DNA of 64,000 nt from a virus (IMGVR_UViG_2912838376_000002:64001-128000); one strand, 5' to 3'. Shown: positions 10,250 through 20,244, numbered from the stretch's first letter. Numbers and translations are program-made. The notes: a model not told the origin generated them from the sequence alone.

Positions 10250-10473
10250 CGGCTCATTCCCTCTTGTTCTGTTAATTTATAATTTTTCTCCATTATTTAC
10301 GAACGCATGTTCTTATTATATAAAAAATAATGGGAAAATCAACCTTAGTATGATATATTTTACCAACGAAACAATAAATTATGAATTATATTAATCTATA
10401 AATTAATAAATCTATAAATTTTTTCTCTAGATAACTGCAATGTATTCCAAAAAGTGGACATACTTCATATCTA

Positions 10474-10647
10474 TTAATCTCCAATATCGAAATCGAAATC
10501 AAATCCGGAACCGCTGCCACCTGATCCAAAACGAAGTATGAAGTACAGTGTAGTTAAAACAAGTACCACTAACCATCCCCAGTGATAATCAACAAACATC
10601 ATTACAAGGGATACTACCCATAAAACAAAACAAATAAAAGAAAACAT
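10474..10647 (-). CDS. 57-aa two-TM membrane protein with GSGGSGSGFDFDFDIGD tail
   Basis: Hand-translated; RBS AAGGAG; absent from the ORF track. Confidence 0.65.
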   Translation of the reverse strand: MFSFICFVLWVVSLVMMFVDYHWGWLVVLVLTTLYFILRFGSGGSGSGFDFDFDIGD

Positions 10648-10652
10648 TTTCT

Positions 10653-10880
10653 TTACTCCTTATTCATTAGCTTTAGTAATTCTGCAACTGATAAGTCACG
10701 AACCATTACATTAGACAAAGGCATTTCCCTTTTACTTGAGATACGAGAATATCTATCTCCTATTTCAAAATCAGAATCTTTTTCAGATAATGATGTTTCT
10801 AATGCTGATTCATCTTCTGTTAATACAACTGCAGAGGTTGACCTACCAGCCGTCTGGTAAAACACTCGAAATGCTTTCAT
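10653..10880 (-). CDS. Hypothetical protein
   Basis: RBS; operonic. Confidence 0.6.
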   Translation of the reverse strand: MKAFRVFYQTAGRSTSAVVLTEDESALETSLSEKDSDFEIGDRYSRISSKREMPLSNVMVRDLSVAELLKLMNKE

Positions 10881-11169
10881 TCTGACACGCCTCTCCTTCT
10901 TCTATACAATCAGCGAACATTACTGTATTAAATTTCTTAAGTGGATGTTCTACAAATTCAACTTTTGAATTACTTCTACCCACATATATCTCTTTGACAG
11001 TTAAAACTTGCCCTTCCTCAAAATAAGTTGCTGCATACTCTCTTTCACTGTCGTATCCATTTTTATTCAAAAAGTAAACTTTTCTTCCTGCTGGAAGTGG
11101 TCCATCATAACGATCTCCGAAGCTATACTCATCTATTCCACCTGCAAGACTCATTGGATCTACCCACAT
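10843..11169 (-). CDS. Hypothetical protein
   Basis: RBS GGGGGA; operonic. Confidence 0.6.
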   Translation of the reverse strand: MWVDPMSLAGGIDEYSFGDRYDGPLPAGRKVYFLNKNGYDSEREYAATYFEEGQVLTVKEIYVGRSNSKVEFVEHPLKKFNTVMFADCIEEGEACQNESISSVLPDGW

Positions 11170-11179
11170 ATTAATCCCC

Positions 11180-11812
11180 CTATACGTTCTCTTTATTTAG
11201 CTTTTCTTGACACTCTTCCTTGGTTTTAAAAAAGCCACCAAGATGCGCTTGCACACTACTAGAAGCTCTGTATGAAGTAGGTTCTATATACATCTTCACG
11301 CTAAGTTGCTTTCCTTGTGCCCATGTATGGATATCTATTTCTTTAACTAATCCTTTTTCTGCACTTTTTATTAGTTTTCTCCTGCATCCAAAACCATTAC
11401 ACTCCGGACACTTTATTTTTCTTTCCTCGCCCTGGATTTGGACAACAACCTTTTTATCGCCTGAGCAAACCAAACATGTTTCTGAGTTATATTGACTTCT
11501 AACAAACCAAACTTCATCACCTAGCTTAAAGCCTCCAAGCATCTCTCTTTTTGCTTGGTCTTCACCTTCTTTTTTGAAAGTATTTTCAGCATTCTTTAGT
11601 TCCATTTGTAATTTATGCATCTGATTTCTTAAATCACTAATTGTCTTTTGGGACTTTTCGTCTCGTTCTTTCGTTTTTTCATAATCACTAACCCTATTTA
11701 ACAAGCGTTTTTCAACTTCTTGTTCTAGTAAATTGTTAATACCTATATTGAAATTAAAGTTTTCATCTACACCAAAATAGTTTTCTTCAAACCCATGACA
11801 TTCCATATTCAT
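11180..11812 (-). CDS. Coiled-coil protein with DnaJ-type CxxCxG zinc motifs
   Basis: CLVCSG and CPECNGFG. Confidence 0.65.
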   Translation of the reverse strand: MNMECHGFEENYFGVDENFNFNIGINNLLEQEVEKRLLNRVSDYEKTKERDEKSQKTISDLRNQMHKLQMELKNAENTFKKEGEDQAKREMLGGFKLGDEVWFVRSQYNSETCLVCSGDKKVVVQIQGEERKIKCPECNGFGCRRKLIKSAEKGLVKEIDIHTWAQGKQLSVKMYIEPTSYRASSSVQAHLGGFFKTKEECQEKLNKENV

Positions 11813-11830
11813 TTTCCCTCTCTGTTTGAG

Positions 11831-12103
11831 TTATTCCCACCAAAAACGTTTCGTAAGTCGTTCCCAACCTTGTTTTTGTGAGTCCTTAATGTAGTCTTCC
11901 TCAAATAATTTAACAACTTCCATTTGAGCAGACCTGTAAGTTGTACACCATTCTTCCTTAAAGACTTCAGCAACCGCTGTTTTGTTGTGTTCTAAAATAG
12001 CTGCTTCGATTTCTTCTTCTGTTCCGGTGTACCCGTAATGCATTTCTAGCCATTGCTCAAAAGTTAAGTCTTTTGGTAATGTAGTAGTACTCATTTTTAT
12101 CAC
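11831..12103 (-). CDS. Hypothetical protein (start probably ATG about 12095)
   Basis: RBS AAGGAG. Confidence 0.6.
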   Translation of the reverse strand: MIKMSTTTLPKDLTFEQWLEMHYGYTGTEEEIEAAILEHNKTAVAEVFKEEWCTTYRSAQMEVVKLFEEDYIKDSQKQGWERLTKRFWWE

Positions 12104-12108
12104 TCCTT

Positions 12109-12252
12109 TTATGTTTTTTTACCCGTTCGGTAATCTAATAGCTCTTTGCAGATTTCTTTTAGTATAGCTTTGTTAATAATAACTGCTCCGCCACCATTCC
12201 AATCTAAACATTGTCGTGGTAGTTTCTTAAGTTGTTCATCTGTTAATTTCAT
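12109..12252 (-). CDS. 47-aa hypothetical protein (MKLTDEQLKKLPRQC...)
   Basis: Hand-translated; RBS AAGGTGAG. Confidence 0.55.
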   Translation of the reverse strand: MKLTDEQLKKLPRQCLDWNGGGAVIINKAILKEICKELLDYRTGKKT

Positions 12253-12346
12253 TTATCTCACCTTTTCAATAATTTCATTCAGTGCAAAAGTCTTACATGT
12301 AAAGAAAGGAGAAGCGCTACAAACATAGGCACTTCTCCCTCTCTTG

Positions 12347-12973
12347 TCAAATAGAATTTCCTGCAACAATGATAGGTTTTAATTCTTTAAGTCGTAAACG
12401 GTTTGTACCACTTGCTGTGATATATACCTCTGTCTCTATACGAATTGCGTTCTTATTAGAATCGACATAGATTCGTACTGGTTTCTCTTCAAAGTATCCT
12501 TTTGAGAATGAAGTAGAGTACGGCTTATAATCTTTCTTTAAAACCTTCTTTTCATGCAATAACTGCAGTAATGACTGAACAGGATTCGTTCTCATTTCTT
12601 CAGCTAATCCATCCCCATAGACAGCTACTAGGTCTTCTAAGAAACCTTTTAGTGTTGTTCGATTCTGTCTATAGATGCAGCGAACATAACGATTAGAGTC
12701 ATGGCCAGCTTCCACTAATACAACATCTTTCTCTAGTCGCACCTTTAACAAGTTCTCTACTTTTTTAATTAGTAACTCCCGTTCTTGTCCTTTTAGTTCA
12801 ATCTCTTCGGAGTTCTTAGTAAGACGTTCTGCTTTTTCTTCTTTCTCTTCCTTATGCTTTTGCATTACATTTGACTGCTTTTTCAGTAGTCGCTTCTGTT
12901 CTTTAAGAAAATCCGCTGCCATTAAAATATTTGTTCTTACATCATTTGTTGATTCCATTAATAGATTTTTCAT
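12347..12973 (-). CDS. Hypothetical coiled-coil protein
   Basis: RBS AAGGAG; 208 aa. Confidence 0.65.
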   Translation of the reverse strand: MKNLLMESTNDVRTNILMAADFLKEQKRLLKKQSNVMQKHKEEKEEKAERLTKNSEEIELKGQERELLIKKVENLLKVRLEKDVVLVEAGHDSNRYVRCIYRQNRTTLKGFLEDLVAVYGDGLAEEMRTNPVQSLLQLLHEKKVLKKDYKPYSTSFSKGYFEEKPVRIYVDSNKNAIRIETEVYITASGTNRLRLKELKPIIVAGNSI

Positions 12974-13033
12974 TAAATCCGCTCCTTTTATTAAATAGAA
13001 AAAGCAGAGGATATCTCCCCTGCTGGTTAGTTA

Positions 13034-13849
13034 TTAAAGATTAAAATGAGAGTCTAAAGAGTCACAAAGATAATCGAATCCTTGTTTTGTGATAAAGACT
13101 TGTCCTTTTAATAGCTTTAAGATATTTCGATTTACAAGTTGGCGGTGTGGCATATTACGATTACGTCCTTCTGAACCAATCATACGATTGTCACGCATGT
13201 ATTGGAACAGTTGGTTACGGCCTAAGCTATAACGCGGAAACATAATACGTGCAAAATCATCAATGGTCATCAGAGCATCTTCAGATAAGAACTCTTTATA
13301 TTTCTTGGCATATGGTTGAAGTGCTTTAATTTGATTATCAACCACGCGGATCTCTTCTTCTAGTAGTTCAGTTTGCTCGCCTAATGTCTCAATTTGAGAA
13401 TTAAGTTGAGCAAGTTCTGCTTCTTGTTGAATAAGTACTTCGTCTAGTTTACTTAATAAGACAACTGTTTGTTGTTGAAGTGTTAGATTCTGTCTCAGAG
13501 TTACGCCAGAAACACGTAGCTCTTTCATATGTGCCTTAACAACTTTCTTGCACTCTTTCGCTACAGGTTTACGAGATTGCAACAGTACTTCATACATACC
13601 TTGTTCTGTAAGCATCCAAGATTCTTGAGCACCACTTTGCGTCGGAACAATTTTCCGAACCTTTTCATCTTCATCTACATTTCTTAACATCTTATTAATT
13701 GATGAAACATCATACTCAATCCATTGAGCTACATCTTTAGCTAAGAACAATGGCTCCTCAAATGTTCCATAGATAGAAAAGGAACGTCCTTCAAAAACCA
13801 TCTCAGAGATAGGCACTAAAACCTCAACACTTACTACTTCGTTTGTCAT
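13034..13849 (-). CDS. BRO-N / KilAC (ANT) antirepressor-like DNA-binding protein
   Basis: PLFLAKDVA, LTEQGMYEVLLQSRKP (BRO-N); GRNQLFQYMR..., ITKQG (ANT). Confidence 0.9.
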   Translation of the reverse strand: MTNEVVSVEVLVPISEMVFEGRSFSIYGTFEEPLFLAKDVAQWIEYDVSSINKMLRNVDEDEKVRKIVPTQSGAQESWMLTEQGMYEVLLQSRKPVAKECKKVVKAHMKELRVSGVTLRQNLTLQQQTVVLLSKLDEVLIQQEAELAQLNSQIETLGEQTELLEEEIRVVDNQIKALQPYAKKYKEFLSEDALMTIDDFARIMFPRYSLGRNQLFQYMRDNRMIGSEGRNRNMPHRQLVNRNILKLLKGQVFITKQGFDYLCDSLDSHFNL

Positions 13850-14026
13850 GTATTTTCCTCCAAATAAAAAAGCGCCGCAAATAGATGCGACACTCTTGTT
13901 AAGTATAGTTTATTTAGAGTGGAGTACATATCAAGGAGAATGAATCTAAGACTCCTTATAACAAGACTCAGTAATACAGTGCTGGGACTTTTAAAGAGAA
14001 TCACTTGATAACCAAGACTTCTCTCC

Positions 14027-14362
14027 CTAATAAGTACCCCTACTCTCCAAAAAATTTTCTGATGGCGCGAATCTCGCTTCCAACAGTATGTCGTTAATAA
14101 CAAATCCTACATTGAATTTGTCTTCTTCTAAATCTAAATAGATGGGTTTAGCTTCTAACTCTTTTTTAATATATAGTTCATCCATATCTTTAACATTATC
14201 CTCTAAGAGTAAGTGTTTCCTATCTTTTTTAGGTTCTAAAATAGCTATACCTATAGACGGAAAATATAAAAGGATATCGATGGACCCCACTTTAACGTTC
14301 TCTTCAAACATTAAGTGATAAAAAGAATTCTTAATAATTTCTATTGCCTCTTGCTTATTCAT
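14027..14362 (-). CDS. Hypothetical protein, possible degenerate PD-(D/E)XK fold
   Basis: IDILLYFP..IAILE; RBS GGGAG. Confidence 0.5.
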   Translation of the reverse strand: MNKQEAIEIIKNSFYHLMFEENVKVGSIDILLYFPSIGIAILEPKKDRKHLLLEDNVKDMDELYIKKELEAKPIYLDLEEDKFNVGFVINDILLEARFAPSENFLESRGTY

Positions 14363-14549
14363 TATTAACTCCCTTCACAAGCAATCCTACCTACCTTTAT
14401 ACCATATTTACGAAAAAGCTAAAAGACACCTTTTTCTTACAGTTATTAAGTTAAGCTAACCCATCTGTAAATATTCGAGATAATTCTTTACAAGTAAAGA
14501 TCTAATGGTTCAAATACTTACAGACAAGTTAGTTCAAGGAGGAATTAAT

Positions 14550-14696
14550 GTGCTTAAATTTATTAACAATCAAGGTAAAAAAGTCATGGAGATGACAGAT
14601 AACGGCGATGTAACTATCTTAAATGAAGAACTTAAAAAGTCTTTCTCTGAAAACTCTCTACAAGAAACTAAGAAAGAGGAGAAAGAAAATGAATAA
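14550..14696 (+). CDS. Small hypothetical protein
   Basis: GTG start after AAGGAGG. Confidence 0.6.
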   Translation: MLKFINNQGKKVMEMTDNGDVTILNEELKKSFSENSLQETKKEEKENE

Positions 14697-15255
14697 ACCA
14701 ACTGAACAAAAAGAAGTGTTAGGTATTTTCATTACTAAAAATGAAGTAGCTAACTTAAATATGGAACACATTCATGTAAGTGATTTTGCTATTCAAACGA
14801 TCTTAAAAACAATTCGTCTTACTCCTGAAGTTCAGGCAGAAGTTATTGATAAGATGGTTGAACGTACTCCAGGTTACTTCCAACTAGATCCAGAAGAACA
14901 AGTAAATAAAATCAAAACAACTCTAACTATCGAAACAGTTGTTGAGTACCTTCGTCTACATGAGTATATCCGTGAAGGTATTGACATGATTGAAGTTGGT
15001 ATCGACCAAGAAGGTTCTATTATTGTTTCTGCTTTCTACGTAGAGCAAAATGAAACACTTGATAAGGTCTTCCGAAAAGAGTTAACTCCAGAAGAAATTG
15101 ACCAGTTGGAAAAAGAAGTAAATATCTTAGATGGTCAGGTAAATATCTATGAAGAAGCTAAAAAGCGTTTAGATCAGATGAAAAAGGATAACGTTATTCC
15201 TTTTCAAAACCGTGCAGCTCGACGTCAAGCGAAAGCGAGGTTATCACACAAATGA
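14689..15255 (+). CDS. Hypothetical protein with NRAARR C-terminal motif
   Basis: ATG at 14689 after GAGGAG. Confidence 0.65.
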   Translation: MNKPTEQKEVLGIFITKNEVANLNMEHIHVSDFAIQTILKTIRLTPEVQAEVIDKMVERTPGYFQLDPEEQVNKIKTTLTIETVVEYLRLHEYIREGIDMIEVGIDQEGSIIVSAFYVEQNETLDKVFRKELTPEEIDQLEKEVNILDGQVNIYEEAKKRLDQMKKDNVIPFQNRAARRQAKARLSHK

Positions 15256-15791
15256 GTGAAGAACAAGTAAAAGACAATCCAGTATACGTAGTTGAAGAAG
15301 AAGAGGAAGAAACTATTACAGTTGACCTCGAAAATCAAACTATCTATCAAAAAGAAGAAGGACTAATTATGAGTCAGGACGGTATCATCGACCCTAACAT
15401 GTACAAGATGTCAAAAACATTTGGTGACTTTGATGGAGACATGAGAGCTATTGAGATAACTCCCCCAAAACCAACCTTCCAAAATGAACTTCAAGATTTA
15501 CTACTAAATACAGTAACTTCAAAAGCGGTTGCTTCCCTACTATCAAAACATTCAGCTCTTGATACAGAGCTTGATATTTTAATGGAAAACAAACGAATGG
15601 GACAACTTGGTTCTATTCTAGATAAAGAAATTGACGACATGATGACTAAGCGCCGTATGGAATTACGTTCTTGCTTCATAGGAGAACAAGTTCGCTATGA
15701 AAAGGTTCCAGACTGGGCAAAGAGTTATGTAAAAGAATACATCAAAAACATGATTCATGGTTTATCAATTTTAGTAGAAGACGGGGAATAA
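15252..15791 (+). CDS. Hypothetical acidic protein
   Basis: Start overlaps the upstream stop (ATGA). Confidence 0.65.
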   Translation: MSEEQVKDNPVYVVEEEEEETITVDLENQTIYQKEEGLIMSQDGIIDPNMYKMSKTFGDFDGDMRAIEITPPKPTFQNELQDLLLNTVTSKAVASLLSKHSALDTELDILMENKRMGQLGSILDKEIDDMMTKRRMELRSCFIGEQVRYEKVPDWAKSYVKEYIKNMIHGLSILVEDGE

Positions 15792-15841
15792 TTTTCTAGG
15801 TTATTCCCCTAGATTCTGTTACAATATAGGAGAGGATACAT

Positions 15842-16324
15842 ATGTACTACTTAGGATTAGACCCCTCAACTAAATGCACAGGATACTGTGTAATGGACGA
15901 AAAGCATGATATTATCGAAGCTGGCAAAATCGATATCCCTTCTAAGGGTGATGAAGGAGATAAAATCATTTATCAAATCGAACGTATTGAAGCCCTTTTC
16001 GAAAAATATGATATTACTAAAATCCTTTGTGAAGACCAATTTAGCAAATTAAACATCGATACATTAAAGAAATTAACTCGAGTATCGGGCACAATTCTTT
16101 ATCTTGCAAAGAAACACAAGCTAGAGATTGAACTTATCTACCCTACTAGCTGGCGTAAAATCTTCCACGGTTCAGGTAAAGCCAAGAAAGAAGATACCTT
16201 CCATAAAGTTGTTGCTATCTATGAATTTGATAATCTAGAATTCAAGAAGGACAATGACTTAACAGATGCTATTGGCATTGCCTGGGCATGTGTAGACTTA
16301 CATAAAGAAGGTGTAGCTGCTTGA
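15842..16324 (+). CDS. ruvC: RuvC-like Holliday junction resolvase
   Basis: LGLDPSTKCTGY, ILCED, KAKK and NDLTDAIGIA RNase H-fold catalytic motifs. Confidence 0.85.
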   Translation: MYYLGLDPSTKCTGYCVMDEKHDIIEAGKIDIPSKGDEGDKIIYQIERIEALFEKYDITKILCEDQFSKLNIDTLKKLTRVSGTILYLAKKHKLEIELIYPTSWRKIFHGSGKAKKEDTFHKVVAIYEFDNLEFKKDNDLTDAIGIAWACVDLHKEGVAA

Positions 16325-16590
16325 AAATCTACCGTGGCAATATAGGTGTAGACTTGTCTCTTGAAGAGTTTTCTCAAATCATAGAAGATGAAGATAAAAT
16401 TGATGACCTACTCAACATCATTTACGAATTGGAGATGGATGAAGTCATGAATTATAATAAAGAAGACATCTTAGCTTTTGAAGCAAACCTTTTTCAAGAG
16501 GTTGCAGAATACCAACGTAAACAAAATGCAAATGACGACACTGTAAAAATGGAACGTATCCTAGCCCACTTAGAAAAGTATGGACGATAA
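16321..16590 (+). CDS. Hypothetical acidic protein
   Basis: Coupled TTG start. Confidence 0.55.
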   Translation: MKIYRGNIGVDLSLEEFSQIIEDEDKIDDLLNIIYELEMDEVMNYNKEDILAFEANLFQEVAEYQRKQNANDDTVKMERILAHLEKYGR

Positions 16591-17389
16591 GACTCAACAA
16601 TATGAACACATTGAGTCTTTAGTGTTCGAATATCAAGCAGGTTCCGAGAAGGCTGGGTTAGAAATAATCCAGTCTTTTGGTTATGATCCGGAAACGAAAG
16701 AACTATCTAAGTACCTCAACAAATACTTTGCTCTCTTACGCTTTGGCGTGATTAAATTTAACGACAGAGATACTAGGCAATTCCTCAGACAGTTTACCTC
16801 AGACGAAACCTTGCATAAGGCTCTTATCCCCAACTATCAATATGCTCATACAAAAAAAGCTACACGGAAGCTTGTTCAAATGATTAATTATCGAATGAGA
16901 CATATTACAGATGAAGATTTAATAAATGATCTTTGCTTACTCTTATTAACTCAGGCTAGGAAGTATAAGAAACAAGGAAAGAAAAAGAACTTTTGTGGAT
17001 ACCTATTTAATAGTTATCGATACAAAGTTTATGCTCATTACAAATATCTCTTCAAAGACCTACTCTATTCACATCGTATAGAAATGCTAGAAGATTATAG
17101 AGACGAGAACAGTGAGATTGTTATAGAAGAAACCCTCCGTTCTGACCTTTACTTTCAAAATGAAAAAGAACAAATAGGACTTAATTGGATACTAGGCAAA
17201 GCAGCTGATTATCCTTTTAACCAATTAAATAATTTTGAAAGAACTCTAATCTCCCTTTATGACTATAAAGGAATGACTTATGAAGAAGTTGGCGCCCAAA
17301 TGGGATATCACCGTGATACTATTTGGAATAAGCGTAAACAAATTAAGAAAAAACTAAAAGAACTAATGAAGAATCCTCCCTGCGATTAA
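16580..17389 (+). CDS. Phage sigma-70-like factor / HTH transcription factor
   Basis: Region-2-like KNFCGYL and region-4 HTH (LNNFERTLISLYDYKGMTYEEVGAQMGYHRDTI). Confidence 0.75.
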   Translation: MDDKTQQYEHIESLVFEYQAGSEKAGLEIIQSFGYDPETKELSKYLNKYFALLRFGVIKFNDRDTRQFLRQFTSDETLHKALIPNYQYAHTKKATRKLVQMINYRMRHITDEDLINDLCLLLLTQARKYKKQGKKKNFCGYLFNSYRYKVYAHYKYLFKDLLYSHRIEMLEDYRDENSEIVIEETLRSDLYFQNEKEQIGLNWILGKAADYPFNQLNNFERTLISLYDYKGMTYEEVGAQMGYHRDTIWNKRKQIKKKLKELMKNPPCD

Positions 17390-17404
17390 CAAGGAGGATC
17401 TTTT

Positions 17405-18079
17405 TTATGCTGCAGCAGATTTATTTAATTGAGCTTCCAACTCTGCAATTCGAGCATTCAAAGCATTTACTTCTTCATAGTGCTCTAATATCTCCATAAG
17501 ATGGGGCTTAATAGCAGTCTTAGCAGATAGAAAATAGGCAGCGTATCTTGGATAGCGTCTCATAGCTTCTTTAAAGAATGGAAAGAAGAACTTCTCTGTC
17601 TCGATTGCTTGTCTTACTTTCTTTTCCGGAGTGGCATCACGTAATGTGCTAAAGTTATGCTTTCTATCAGAAGCTTTAAGCAGGCATGCACCCGGATCTC
17701 TTAGCATTGGTTCCAGATATAATACCTTAATAAGATCACCCTGTTTATAATTAACAGACTTTTCTTTCGTAACGAGATCCACCATTTTAGCTACCCTTTT
17801 GTTAAATTTGTCTTCAATCATTCTTAAAGTGATTCCCTCAACATCTTCAATAATATCGTGAAGCAGAGCTGCTGTTAAGATATCTTCATCTCTTATACCA
17901 TGATTGAATAAATCCTGAGCTACATCTACACAATGATTGTAATAGTTTGTCCCATCATGACGTGCAAAACCTTTCGCAGCACACATCTCTTCTTTAACCA
18001 TATCTAATGCACGAAGAGTCATCTCCTGTCCCGCATCTGCCATGCGTTGCTCAAATAACCTTACTCTGCTTTCACTCAT
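17405..18079 (-). CDS. HD-domain hydrolase of the RelA/SpoT (Mesh1/small alarmone hydrolase) type
   Basis: RHDGTNYYNH, AALLHDIIED, LVTK and LKASDRKHN motifs; no synthetase domain. Confidence 0.85.
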   Translation of the reverse strand: MSESRVRLFEQRMADAGQEMTLRALDMVKEEMCAAKGFARHDGTNYYNHCVDVAQDLFNHGIRDEDILTAALLHDIIEDVEGITLRMIEDKFNKRVAKMVDLVTKEKSVNYKQGDLIKVLYLEPMLRDPGACLLKASDRKHNFSTLRDATPEKKVRQAIETEKFFFPFFKEAMRRYPRYAAYFLSAKTAIKPHLMEILEHYEEVNALNARIAELEAQLNKSAAA

Positions 18080-18097
18080 ATATATTCCTCCCTAATT

Positions 18098-18829
18098 TTA
18101 CGTTGTAATAGAAACTACATTGAATCCTAATTCTTTTGCTTTTTGCTCATCGAACTTTTCATCTAAATGCATACAAAAGACTTTATTTCTTACCTCAGGT
18201 TTTATCTGTTCTTCTAATTCTCTTAATGATAAATGCACATTACCTTCGTAATCTGCAATACAGGTATCTTGATAAAAATAATCAATTTGTCCGTAATGTA
18301 GCATGTTTAAAATGTATAATGGAATTTGATTTGAATCCCCGCTATAATAAATCGTTGTATTTTTTTCATCAATACGAGCATTGATAATGTATCCAAAACA
18401 AGACAATTCAGCTACATGATCGGTATAAATAGGCGTGAAGCTGAGTGTGAAGTCTTCGTGATAAAATCCAACGTTTCTGCCGAACTGTACTATTTTGTAT
18501 GTTTCTTCTTGTACACCCATCATCTTTAAAAGATTCTTAATCCTTAAATCAAATGGAGCATATACAGTCACATTCGGCGTCATTAGTTCACCCATAGAAT
18601 AATAACCATAAAAGATTAAATCCCCTAGTGATCCTACATGGTCGGGATGTAAATGAGTAACCAATACAACAATTTCTTTTACATCGTTTAATAGATTGCT
18701 TTCCTTTAAACGACCAAATGTGGAACTTCCACAGTCAATTAAAAACAAATGATCATTCTTTTTAATGTAAGCACAGTTGTTTCCTTCTTTTGTATTAAAG
18801 GCACTACCTCTTCCAATAAAACTAAGCAT
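18098..18829 (-). CDS. MBL-fold metallohydrolase (RNase Z-like / Apyc1-like)
   Basis: GRGSAF, NN, LIDCG, THLHPDHVG, YSGD, VHLSL and MHL motifs. Confidence 0.85.
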   Translation of the reverse strand: MLSFIGRGSAFNTKEGNNCAYIKKNDHLFLIDCGSSTFGRLKESNLLNDVKEIVVLVTHLHPDHVGSLGDLIFYGYYSMGELMTPNVTVYAPFDLRIKNLLKMMGVQEETYKIVQFGRNVGFYHEDFTLSFTPIYTDHVAELSCFGYIINARIDEKNTTIYYSGDSNQIPLYILNMLHYGQIDYFYQDTCIADYEGNVHLSLRELEEQIKPEVRNKVFCMHLDEKFDEQKAKELGFNVVSITT

Positions 18830-18861
18830 TATTTTCTCCTTTTTGTAAAAAGCCCCCGTGT

Positions 18862-19770
18862 TTAGGAGGCTTCTTTTTCATCTTTGAAATATAGTTCCAA
18901 CCATTCTTCTTCAGAGATTGGTACATGACATAAGTTACGGAAATCGCAATAACGACACATAATGTCTAGTGCATTCCCTTCTTTCTCAGGCAGCTCTCGA
19001 CGATCTACATAATCAAGAATTTCTTTAATGTCTGCTTTAACCTGTTCAACCAATTCCTCATTATAAGAAACATGGAAAGACTTAGATTCTTGTGTATCTT
19101 TGTTTTCGTAGTATACCATACCTCTTCTAATACCAGTTAAATAGAAATACAATTGTAACTGCATTTCATGTTTCTTATCCGGCTTAGATTTTGGTAACTT
19201 AGCATAGTTCTTATTCTTAATTGACTTGAATTCGACAATAAGGATATGATTAGCTGGACCACGATAGACTTCTTTGTCTACCATCTTTGTCTTTTCTACG
19301 CCTTTCTGATCTTTGTATTTCTCAGGAACCTTGGCTGTTAAGACGATATCCTCCGCATCCTCTTCGTCATCTGGCTTTAGATAGTTCCAGATGATAGCAT
19401 CTGAACGCCCACTAATGCGTAATTCCTCATCTTTCAATGAGAGTTCGGGAGCAATTAGAATTCCCATCTTTTCAAAGATATCTTCCATGCGATTATGAAA
19501 GCTCGTTCCATTCTCCATAATTAAAAGGTTTTGTCCTGGTATTGGTTTAGTTGGATAACCCAACATCTGATAAACCACAGCACGTTTACACCTTCCAATT
19601 GAAGACGGATAAAACTTACCTAGTCGTCCTTGATCGATACGCTTTTGTTGGTTAGCAGCGTTCTCTGTAGTGAGAAACTGATGAACCATATCTATGATGT
19701 CTAATTCCCCATATCGCGCTTTAATTTGTTTTATTTTTGACTCTTCAACTTCTAGTTGAGCTGTTGACAC
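18862..19770 (-). CDS. Cas4-like PD-(D/E)XK exonuclease
   Basis: PSSIGRC, GTSFH, GRSDA, VEFKS, QLQLY and CRYCDFRNLC; GTG start at 19770 after AGGTGA. Confidence 0.85.
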   Translation of the reverse strand: MSTAQLEVEESKIKQIKARYGELDIIDMVHQFLTTENAANQQKRIDQGRLGKFYPSSIGRCKRAVVYQMLGYPTKPIPGQNLLIMENGTSFHNRMEDIFEKMGILIAPELSLKDEELRISGRSDAIIWNYLKPDDEEDAEDIVLTAKVPEKYKDQKGVEKTKMVDKEVYRGPANHILIVEFKSIKNKNYAKLPKSKPDKKHEMQLQLYFYLTGIRRGMVYYENKDTQESKSFHVSYNEELVEQVKADIKEILDYVDRRELPEKEGNALDIMCRYCDFRNLCHVPISEEEWLELYFKDEKEAS

Positions 19771-19800
19771 TTTATCACCTCTTTTGAAAGGAGTTTTACA

Positions 19801-20244
19801 ATGGAAAAAAAATATGAATTTATGGACACTGACAATCTTTACGGACAACGTAAAGACGATGAAAAGAACTGGGAGGAGTTTGGAGAACTCGCCCAAGAGA
19901 CCTTTAAGAACTGGATCAAATACAATGATGGAACTTCCGGTGTAAAAGCTAAGACATGGCAAGATTCTGGTCGTGGTTGTGTAAGATGCGGTGGTTCACT
20001 AATGGTCTTTGAAGAAGCTGAAAACGGAAATATTCTCTTAGAATGTAAAAGCTGTGGTTATCATCAATGGAATGCTGACATTGCACCGTACAGTCAAAAA
20101 GAACTGAAACAGATGAACAAAGAAGCTAAACAAGCTGGAGCCACTGGTGCCCGTCATCTTCCTGATGAATTATACAGAACTATACCGGACTCTCTTATAC
20201 TGCAGTATGTAGAGATGAGAGAGAAAAGAGCGCAGGGGTATTAA
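19801..20244 (+). CDS. Zinc-ribbon protein, lone + strand gene
   Basis: CVRCGG...CKSCG; RBS AAGGAG. Confidence 0.7.
   Translation: MEKKYEFMDTDNLYGQRKDDEKNWEEFGELAQETFKNWIKYNDGTSGVKAKTWQDSGRGCVRCGGSLMVFEEAENGNILLECKSCGYHQWNADIAPYSQKELKQMNKEAKQAGATGARHLPDELYRTIPDSLILQYVEMREKRAQGY

Noticed and set aside
19771-19962. N-terminal extension of the Cas4-like ORF given in the track
   Set aside because: It overlaps the + strand gene at 19801; the GTG at 19770 has a proper RBS
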